Positions 53,811 through 64,000 of a stretch of 64,000 bases of DNA are shown in pieces (position 1 is the first letter of the stretch; each line of letters begins with the position of its first letter). This DNA comes from Felis catus. Lineage: Eukaryota. The notes under the pieces were generated by a model, which had not been told where the DNA came from, did no database searches, and saw only the letters and a list, made by a program, of their open reading frames with translations. Made by a program: the position numbers and the translations under genes. The stretch is from the NCBI RefSeq assembly GCF_018350175.1, contig NC_058368.1, positions 186,002,001 through 186,066,000 of the forward strand, read 5' to 3'.

Positions 53811-55130
53811 CAAATCCTAGGTCAAGCCTGATCAAAAGAATAGAAGAAAAAACAAAACAAAACTCACTGGGAGGTTGAAAGATCAATTTAGATGAGAGTT
53901 TAATACCTAAAAACAAGATTATTCTAAACTCTAAAATAAAGAGAAAACTTATAGGATTTGTCTTAGATATTGGCCAGGTGTGAGGAAAAGAGATTCAACA
54001 GATGAGGTTTGAAGAGAAACACGATTTCTAGGCTGTACATAGCAAGTTCAATAAATCTGTTATTGGGAGGTTCAGGCAAATTTTAAGTATCATCTCCTAA
54101 GAGAAGACATGAAATTAAAGATCTACAAAAATCCTTAGAAAAAAAAATAATGAAAGACGAAATCAAGGCAACTAAACTAAATATTCAAGCAGAAATAATA
54201 TTACTACTTCAATATCTGGGTATCTCTATGTTCAATATGTTAATAGTTAAGGTTGACACTTTAATCACCTCAATCATACAAGCAACTGCTTAATTAACTT
54301 TGGCATATGATAGCTTAATATCAAAGTGCTTAAGCTTTAATTTCCAGAGGAGTATGAACTTACACCTAGAAATTGGGGCTTTATTTTTTTTCTGAGAATT
54401 TTTGCATGCACATTCTTTTCTCTGGTCTCATGAGTTTGATAAGGAAAATAATATTTTTCTTTGTGAAAGCTGTAGGAAATGAGATATGGAGAAGTTAAGG
54501 GACTAGTCTGAGTCTTCTTGAATATTAGTTGTACAGCAGGATTAAAACTCCTCTAATCACATTATCAGGGCAATAATCCAAACTACACAAGTATAGCCAC
54601 CCTTTTGCTTTCTAACGGTAAGAAAATACTTGGATTGTTTTGAGATATGAAAGGCCTCTCTAGTTGACTTTACTGAGAGGGTTGTTTGCTATTCATTTCT
54701 CCCATATTCTGGAGAATAAATATCCTTTAAAAGAAAATAAAAAACCCTTCTTTAAGTTACACATTAGTGGCTTGGAGTAAAAATAAAATTTAACTCCAAA
54801 TCATATTAATCCCTATAGTATTGTGATAAGATTGCAAAATATGGTAATAATTCTATATCATTAAAAAATCATTGTATAACTCTATAGATAAAATGCCATG
54901 TAAATGCTAAATAAGTAGCACTGGCATTACACTCTCCACCCATTAATAAGAAAAACCATATGAATAGCAAATAAAATAATAGTGGGGAAAACAAGAATAC
55001 TTTTAAGCAAAGATCCTTTATAATCATTGAAACCCTGCCATGAACACAAGTTTGGTTGTAGAACCAAAGTCTATGTAGTAAGACAAATATGTACTTGTTC
55101 CCCTTCAATTACAAGTATGTGTCATTCCAG

Positions 55131-55354
55131 GGGCACCTGGGTGGCTCAGTTGGTTGAGCATCTGACTCCGGCTCAGGTCATGATCTCACAGTTTTTGAGT
55201 TTGAGTCCTGCATCGCGCTCTGTGCTGACAGCTCAGAGCCTGGAGCCTGCTTCAGATTCTGTGTCTCCCTCTCTCTCTGCCCCTCCCCACTTGTGCTCTG
55301 TCTCTCTCTGTCTCTCAAAAATAAACAAATGTTAAGAAAAAAACATTTAAAAAA
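55131..55354 (+). mobile_element. CAN-SINE
   Basis: Exact 20-bp TSD ACAAGTATGTGTCATTCCAG at 55111-55130 and 55355-55374. Confidence 0.95.
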
Positions 55355-55525
55355 ACAAGTATGTGTCATTCCAGCAAAGTCTACTTGTATTTGAACAATG
55401 AAAAGCCTGTTTGGGAATGGCTAGGAAACTGTGGCAGTGACAAGGAGCCAGAGCCCTACTAACATATTTACAACAAAGATAAAGTCTCCAAAGTTAACAT
55501 TATTTCCCTTCAATTTGAAAAATTC

Positions 55526-55982
55526 TTTTTTTTTAAGTTTGTTTATTTTCAGGGGCACCTGGGTGGCTCAGTCAGTTGGGCGTCCGACTTCAGCTCAGGT
55601 CATGATCTCACAGTTCGTGAGTTCAAGCCCCAAGTCGGGCTCTGTGCTGACAGCTTAGAGCCTGGAGCCTGCTTAAAATTCTATGTCTCCCTCTCTCTCT
55701 GCTCCTCCCCCACTCATGCTCTGTCTCTCTCTCTCTCCTTCAAAAATAAGTAAAAACATTAAAAAATTTTAAGTCTATATATTTTCAGAGAGACAGAGAC
55801 AGTGCAAGTGGGGAGGAGCAGAGAGACTGAGAGCGAGAGACAGAGAGAGAGAGAATTCCAAACAGGCTCCACGCTACCAGCACTGAGACCAATGTGGGGC
55901 TTGAACTCATGAACTGTGAGATCATGACCTGAGCTGAAATCAAAAGTCGGATGTTTAACCAACTGAGCCACCCAGGCACTCC
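55526..55982 (-). mobile_element. CAN-SINE (host of the nested SINE)
   Basis: Tail at 55526-55551 and body at 55771-55982. Imperfect TSD caatttgaaaaatt / caacttgaaaatt. Confidence 0.88.
55553..55770 (+). mobile_element. CAN-SINE nested in the tail of an opposite-strand SINE
   Basis: Complete SINE with a 15/18-identical TSD at 55535-55552 and 55771-55788. Confidence 0.92.
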
Positions 55983-56619
55983 CAACTTGAAAATTTTTTG
56001 ACATGGAAGCAAATTTCAAGTGTGTAGAACGGAGACCTGTATCATTAAGTATTCTGTAGTTCAATTATTTTGAGGAGATTATTCTAAATGAAGTCTAAGA
56101 TATCAGACAGACATTTATGTAACTACTTAAATTAAAAGCCAATTCTTAAATTCCTGCCTATAAGTCAAATATTTTGTGTAGATGGTGATGAGCAGCTGGA
56201 TTTTGAGAAATACTGGGTGATCATATTTTTCTTTTTTTCTTTTTTTTCCAGGTACATGTTTGCCCCAGGGTAGACTGTTTGAAATTTTACACCTACAACT
56301 AAGCAATTAACTATGCTGAGGAAATTATTTTTCTTCTAAATAAAACCAAGTGGAGGATTTAGAAATATAGGAAAGAATAAGGTTGTAGCTAGAGATGAAT
56401 TCTGTTAACAAACAGGGTTATAGTGAAGAATCACAAGATCCTCTCTACAAGCAGGATCATAGCCTGTTAAAGTTAAAACTATGAAAAAATTGGTTATGAG
56501 TCAAAATCTTTAGCAGCTCACCGTAAGAGTCACCTGAAGCATTTCTGTTCAGAGAACAGCTGAGAACAGAAAATATTTACAAGTCTTGAACTCAGTTTTC
56601 TTCTTTTATAATTCAGTGT

Positions 56620-56855
56620 GGGGCACCTGAGTGGCTCAGTCAGTTAATCATCCAACTCTTGGTTTCAACTCATGATCTCAAGGTCTGTATAGGTTCAAGC
56701 CCCAAGTCAGGCTCTGTGCTGACAGTGTAGAGCCTGCTTGGGATTCTCTCCCTCCTTCTTTCTCTCTCTCTCTCTCTGTGTCCTTCCTCTGTTCATGTTC
56801 TAACTCTTTCAAAATAAACTCAAAAAAATAAAAAATAAATTAATAAATGAAATAA
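56620..56855 (+). mobile_element. CAN-SINE
   Basis: ggggcacctgagtggctcagtcagttaa head. Direct repeat AATTCAGTG on both sides. Confidence 0.9.
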
Positions 56856-59684
56856 AATTCAGTGCTCAAACTTCAAGGTAAGGGTTACATTTAATATCAG
56901 AAAGTTAATCAAATTCATGTCTATTCAATCTATCCTTGAAAAAATTATGTTATAAAAATCTTATTTTATTCTGATAAAATAAAAATATATTTGCTTTTAA
57001 CACTTATTCCTATTTATTCTAAAAAGTTTCTATTACATTAAAATTTCTATTTCTTTTTTCTTGTTAGGGTATCTTTACTCTGAGGTGGAATGTAGTTACA
57101 TTGAAAGAGTTTATAAAATTGTAAAATTTGTTTTAAAACCTGTATGTATGAAAAGTTGTACATGGAGTGTATGTAGTTTGTGAATATAATTACACACACA
57201 TTCAAACATGTATGCATATTTTATTTTTTCAGCCAATGTTTACTCACACATGAGTTGGGTTTACTAAAATTCTTTCTAGGTATTCCTTATCCTTTGTGGT
57301 TTATATAATATGCCCAATGTTACAAATGAAAAATTCTGTATATGAAATTGACTCATTATGCTCAGTTGAATAAAATAGCATTATTCAAAGCACTTGTAAA
57401 TATTAAATATGGTGATAAATAAACTTCTAGAAATCAGCAAAGTAAATACCACTTTTTTTCAATGTGGGTCTAGGGTACTTATTGGAAGTGAATATTCCTG
57501 AGATCCATCCCAGAAATAAAGATTCAGAATCTTTCAGTGTAGGGTTCAGGAATCTCCATTTTGGCAAGTTTTTTAGGTGATTCTTATGACAGCACTATAA
57601 ACAAGATACAGGACAGTTTACATAATTTTGAGTTTCAGAAACTAATATTTCCCACACAAGAAGAGATATTAGGTGCTAACATCCTCATCCCAATGCTTTA
57701 TATCCTCTTTGTTTTCCTTTGGTATAAACACAACGTAATAAATTTAGTCAATTTAATAAGGGGTAAAAACTTATTCTTTGCAGGTATATAAATGAAAAAG
57801 TCAATTAAATATTTGTTTCTTAAAGTTCCCTTAAACTTTCTAGGTGGTTCTACTGCCACTATTTACCCCCCAAACCTCTCTTAAATTGGCTCCTAGGATC
57901 CCACATTTTCCCAGATGCTTTTTTGTCCTCCTTTAGAATCAGCTTTAGACATCAAAGCTTCTATTTCCATCCAGCCCTATTCAGCCACTCAAATGGCTTT
58001 TTTTTTATGAGATTGCAGCAAACTAAAACTCTGATCACATTCTCTGCACTAAACTGCAATGACTCCATTCCCTCTCATTACTGAGAAAATATGCAAATCT
58101 TCCTATTGGAGAGTTTACATTACACATTATTTACATTATTTAGAGCTATCTAAAAAGCTCATCTAGGGTACTAAGCAAAGAATTGAAAATTAAAATATAT
58201 CACTAAAGTTTTACTTTTTTATATAATATTGGAAAAGTCAGAGCTGTGGCAACAAAAAGGCATGTTAAATATGATACTATTATGAAAAATAACAAAATTA
58301 TATATTTTTCATTAAAATAAGGCTATTGGAGATAAATAAGAATATCTTCATTGATTTAGTTATAAAATTGTTTACTAAGATAGACATGAAGAAGAAGGAA
58401 AGACATATTTCCCTATGTCCTGTCTAGATTTCAATCCACAGGTTTCATAACTGGTAACAATATGAGAATGATATTCTATCCATAAGCAACTATCAACTCT
58501 TTAATTCCTGAGACAAATTAAGAGCTACACAAAACACTGGACAGAAATATATATGCATAATTTTTAAATAGAAAAAATGATTTTCCAGGATTCCACTCAA
58601 ATGTATTGCATAGAACAATTTCCAGTGAATGGTAGTATACACTTCTGAGAAACCTACCTAATCTTATACTCTTAATGAAAACACATTCTATTTTTATAGT
58701 AAAGAACAAAGGTATGAAAAGTGCTGAAAGAATTAAGCAGAACCTGTCTCTGCTTAAAAACTCCAAAAAAAAAAAAAAAAAAAGGCTTTCACTCCTTGTT
58801 TTCCCTGTGTCTCTTCTTTATCAGAAATCTTTATCTGCCAATACCTACCCTAGAGAATGGAGGACCAGAGAAGTTAACTAGAAAATTTTGATAAAATAAA
58901 AGTTTAACCCTCATGCCTTCTGTCTTCTTTTGCCACAACTACTACACAAGAGTATCAACTCCCACAAAAACCTTAGGGCAATGACTTGATTTCTTCTATA
59001 GCTAGTTTTTTTCTCTTCTTTTTGTGGGGTGCTAGGTGGAGGAAGATGAGAGTAATTCTTCCAGAGCTTTACTTCAAAATGACAGTATAGAGGAAAGTAA
59101 GAAATGTAAGTAGTGGACTTCTAACTTGACTTTGGCCCTGGCTAGAAATCCTGAGGGTATGTGTACGTGAGGTCCAGGGGCTATTCAGGTGTGTAAATAA
59201 ATGATGATCTATAGGTGGAAGAATATTCTCCTGATACTTTTGGTGCAATGAAGTTCAGGAAAATTTGGGTGCAAAGCACTTCAGAGCATATAATTGCTCA
59301 GCGTTTTTAGGAATTCATCTTCCCCTTACCCATTTTCCATTTAGTGCAGCAAGGCTTTAAGGTATCAATGCATAACTTCACAATTTTGGCTTAACATTTA
59401 CTTCGTTCAGCTTATTTTTCAACACTGCAGCAAGACCACCTCTTTTCTAGCCATATATCCTCTATAAATTCATCAACTACATTATCCACCCCATGCCCCA
59501 GTCCTCCTCCCACCTCCTGGAGGGTGTAGAGAAATCAGAATAGCCCCCCCACCACCACCACCCCCAGAGGTTTTTAGTGCTCTCTGGCTCCCTTGGCCTG
59601 TCTGCACTATAGGGATGTCCTGTATAGAATTAGAGCTGTCCTATGGGATTAGATAAGCTTCTTTTCCTTTTGGCCCTAACTGGG

Positions 59685-59705
59685 ACTGCTGTCCCTGGTG
59701 CTGAA
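59685..59705 (-). promoter_or_regulatory. RE1/NRSE (REST binding site) in intron 1
   Basis: Minus strand TTCAGCACCAGGGACAGCAGT versus consensus TTCAGCACCnnGGACAGcgcc: both half-sites with the canonical 2-nt spacer. About 550 bp into intron 1 of a neuron-specific gene. Confidence 0.88.
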
Positions 59706-60254
59706 CCATGTCTGCCCATCAGGGAATCTGCTGCTAGGTCAATGGGGCTGAATAGAAAATCTGGCTGACTGATCTTAAGAATGTCCAGGTGCAGGAGCAA
59801 GCAATACTTTGGTGTACAGGAACGGAACCCCTCCCTGCCACATACATACATCTCCTGGGTGTGATCCAGGATCCCATTTGCAGTTTTCTGCTCTAGACCC
59901 CCCACCCAAAATGCCTCCAACATGGCCTCAATTGCCGGCATGTATCAGTTCAGCCCACCTCCATATCAGATTGCAGTATTATCAAAATGCTACTCCCCAA
60001 ATACAAAGTCTTCATGACGTTAGCTTTTCTACTCTAAAACAAAACAAATAAAACCAAAAAAAATTAAGAAATAAATGAAAGTGACCTTCCCCTTTTCTCC
60101 CTCTCTTTTCTGCCCCCCTATTTTCACATTCCCCTCATTTATAACCCCATATCCCAGAACAGTGTTTAAAATCTGGGTGGTCTCCCTATTTCCACATCCC
60201 TCCCCCCTCCCCCACGTCTCCGGAACAAAACAACGCTGAAAACAGCACATCTTA

Positions 60255-60910
<656 letters not shown>

Positions 60911-61602
60911 TCAAAGTGGAAGTGATGCACGCTGCTGCAGCACGAATTAACACATGCGTGGTGTCTTCCCAGCGCTTTTAAACTCCTTACTGCACACACA
61001 AGCATGCAAAGACTGACTTTCATGGGAACGAGAGATGCTTTAGCAAGCCCCTAAACTATATCACCAGTGACAGAAGGTTTGTCTCATCAGATCTGCCAAG
61101 AATCCTTATTAAAATCGTGAAGTCTTAGAAGTCACGGTTACACTGTAGGAGGAGGAGGGGCAGAAGTGGGGGATGGGGGAGGAATGACCATTTCTCTCTA
61201 AATCTCCCTGTAGGGAAACAGATTTGGTGAATTTTCCATTTGAATGAAGGGAGAAAACATTGATAGAATTAAAAGACAAGAAAAAATTCTATGCTCCCCA
61301 GGATTCACTCCTCCCTTTTTTGTTCCCCTTCCCCAGTGAAAATGTAAAGACACAAACACTTGAAGGATGAAAATAATTACACTGAGATAGTTAAGTAAAG
61401 AATATAGACCACAAAATAGTGGCTGCTTTTTGAAGAGAGTTGGTCAAAGGGGAAAGGTCAAGAGGACATTTAATAATATAAGGAGATTTCTATTCACTGT
61501 ACGGGAATTGCCTTTTTTGTTGTTGTTATTCTGCTTGGTGACAATCCTGAAAATTTCTGGGGTGGATGAGTCGTGGTAGCATGCTTCCTTCTTGCTTAGA
61601 AT

Positions 61603-61616
61603 GTTACCATGGATAC
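61603..61616. promoter_or_regulatory. Candidate RFX X-box
   Basis: GTTACCATGGATAC (reverse complement GTATCCATGGTAAC) is a near-palindromic match to GTTNCCATGGNAAC, ~1.25 kb upstream of the ATG. Motif match only. Confidence 0.45.
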
Positions 61617-62247
61617 TGATACATGGGAGATATCCCTCTGTGTCATCCTAGTTCATCTGCCACAGAGGAAACCCCATTACTCATCATAAGAAGAAAGTGA
61701 AAATTGTTTCAAGTTTCCAGTAGAGTCCAGACCACAGCAAAGATGTTTATGAACAGATACAGGTGAAGAGGACTAATAAGATGCCTTGTTGCCATATAGC
61801 AGGGAGTCATTTCAAAACCAGAGGCTTTTCTACAGAAAGTCTTCCAGGTGGGGAACTTGAGTAAGGAGTCCAGGAGGCAGAGGAATAGAATATTCCAACC
61901 ACAACCCTAAACTCTGCCCAAGGAAAGCAGAGAGGATTGATAGAAGTTGAGGAAATTCATTCTGACAATGAAGCAAAAAGGGTCTAACAGACACACCTGG
62001 AATCCTAAAGGCCTTAAAAATCTGCCTCATTTTATGACATTTAAACAGAATCCAGTCAAAACAATAGTCACAGGAAGCAGGCAAGTGACTTCTTTCTATT
62101 GTTATTAAAATAGAGGGAGAAAAATTGTAAATCTCTATCTTTGTAATTTTCTTGTTCCTTGCTATACTGTGAAGAACTTTGGCCCTCTTTATGTTTACAT
62201 TTATTTACAAAAAGATGCTAGGTTGTTAATAGTTGTATCTTTGTTTT

Positions 62248-62476
62248 GTTTTAATTTTTGATGTTTATTTGTTTTTGAGGGAGAGAGAGAGAGAGAGATA
62301 GAGCATGAGCAAGGGAGGTATAGAGAGACAGGGAGACACAGAATCCCAAGCAGGCTCCAGGCTCTAAGCTGTCAACACAGAGACTAAAGTGGGAATCAGG
62401 TTTGAGCCCAGGAACTATGAGATCATGACCTGAGCCAAAGTGGGACACTTAACTTACTGAGCCACCCAGGCGCCCC
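62248..62476 (-). mobile_element. CAN-SINE upstream of GABRG2
   Basis: Head ...gccacccaggcgcccc. TSD AG(T/C)TGTATCTTTGTTTT at 62231 and 62477. Confidence 0.93.
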
Positions 62477-63503
62477 AGCTGTATCTTTGTTTTTAATGAA
62501 GATATCCTACTGTATTTTTGTAGGCTAAGGCCAGATGCCTACCAAAACCAAGCCAATAAGATAAATGAAAGAAAAGGGCTGTGTTTCTGAATAACTTAAG
62601 GGTTGGAAATGATACACATTGAAGTGTTCACACCCCTTCTGAATGGAGTTGCCACTGCTTTGTTCTAGTTAGAGTTGCCAGAGGAAATGGAAATAAAATT
62701 ATGAGAAATGTTCCCATTTTTAAAACACAAAGGAAGCCACACGAAACATATGTAGGCCATTAGCTTGCAAATATTGTTTATAGCACATGAAAAATTGATG
62801 TGACAATTCTGTCTTCTATATTTCCAATTTTGCATCTTAAGGTTTTTTTTTCTCCTGAGTTTAGTGACAAACATATTAACCTGAGAGAATGAATGCTATC
62901 ATATTCCCAAAGTAGTAATTCATGTATTGATCCCTTATCAGTATCATAACAGTCTCTGTAAATTCTAATCTATTTTAATAACGGAACACCTTTCAGCATG
63001 TTAAAAGAATCTGTGAAATTTTACTTTTTTAAAATTTTTTATAGCATTTGTATACAATTTTACCTGCCCTTATCCTGGCTAGGCTTCAGTTTGCCTCTCA
63101 GGACCTTTCCTGTCTGGTGAGTACTCTGAAGAATATTATTTTAATATATTTTCTAAGATTTGCAATACATATTATATTCACTGGTATTTGGAAGACACCT
63201 TATCCACTAATTTATTTTTTAATTATCTTTTAGTTACATTTATTCTTGCCCATTTTTTAAGAAAATATGTTTATAACACATATTTAACCATTATTTGGTA
63301 ATTATGATGCTTATACTTTCATTGTAAATAATATATGCATACCAATGCAAATATGCATTTATATTAAATTTTTAAAATTGTTATAAAACAGAAAAAAACC
63401 TACTACCTGATTCTGTCATCTAAGCAAGCCATTGTCAATGTTTGAGATTCTTTTTGCAGTTTAACTTTTTCTGAATAAAGTTTTATTTTTACTAATAATT
63501 TGA

Positions 63504-63505
<2 letters not shown>

Positions 63506-63545
<40 letters not shown>
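63506..63545. repeat. (ATT)n microsatellite
   Basis: About 13 units. Confidence 0.95.
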
Positions 63546-63836
63546 CTAAAGTGAATTATGAGGTCAAAAGTTGGACCAGTTTGGTTGTTGATAGCAAATC
63601 TCTTATCACTTGGGAAATCAAAGTATATTACTGCAGTTCTAGTCCTGGTAATGTAGATATTGGCTAGCCATCTTGCATGCTAAAAATTATAAGCAGTGGA
63701 CAAAATATTAAACAAACTGTGTAAAGTACTAGAAAGTTACCAAAACAAGCAGAAAGTGTTGAACATCTGACCACAGAAAGATGAAACTGAATTGGATGAG
63801 ATGTACAATTATGTGGCTTTTCCACAGAGGGCAGTT

Positions 63837-63940
63837 AAAGGATGACCAACTTGTCCCTATTAGCCACGAATTTGCCTGATTTGAGCATGGGAGGTCCCAA
63901 ATTCCAGGAAAACCCTCAACCCCAGAAAGGATGGCTAGAA
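63837..63940. mobile_element. MER81-like hAT-Blackjack MITE
   Basis: ggatgaccaacttgtccc...ccaggaaaaccctca resembles the recalled MER81 consensus. Confidence 0.45.
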
Positions 63941-63986
63941 TCAGAAGACAGCAATCTTATTAGTTTGAGATTCCAAAGAAGGACAT

Positions 63987-64000
63987 GGGGGTGCCTGAGC
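63987..64000 (+). mobile_element. Probable start of a CAN-SINE at the window edge
   Basis: gggggtgcctgagc matches a SINE 5' end; only 14 nt are visible. Confidence 0.5.

Noticed and set aside
59630..60051. 103-aa and 80-aa overlapping ORFs near the start of intron 1
   Set aside because: No recognisable protein features; explained by locally higher GC near the promoter. The informative signal here is the RE1 site.

Overview
Mammalian genomic DNA from a cat or other felid: tRNA-derived CAN-SINEs, including young SINEC_Fc-type copies, and carnivore-type L1. The window holds the 5' part of GABRG2 (GABA-A receptor gamma-2 subunit) on the minus strand. It contains the promoter/5'UTR (~60363-61800) and coding exons 1-6 (60256-60362, 26967-27118, 25345-25412, 22570-22790, 19283-19365, 15756-15893). 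These total 769 nt, all with GT-AG boundaries and consistent phases, and encode the signal peptide and most of the extracellular domain including the Cys-loop. The transmembrane exons are not visible and should lie beyond position 1. The rest is intronic: about 24 SINEs, a dead full-length ~5.9 kb L1 inserted inside a SINE, older L1, MaLR and hAT relics, and microsatellites. Most other ORFs in the track are repeat-derived or chance. I see no convincing evidence of a new multi-gene biological system. The best leads are: (i) an unidentified ~0.8 kb candidate retroposed insert with a 13-bp target-site duplication (TSD) in intron 1 (44194-45007); (ii) a consensus splice donor on the antisense strand of the L1 5'UTR pointing at exon 2; (iii) inverted young SINEs around weakly defined exon 4, and a stop-free exon 2-4 circle; (iv) an RE1/NRSE in intron 1. 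Repeat family names and comparisons to human come from recall and reading by eye, not from database searches.
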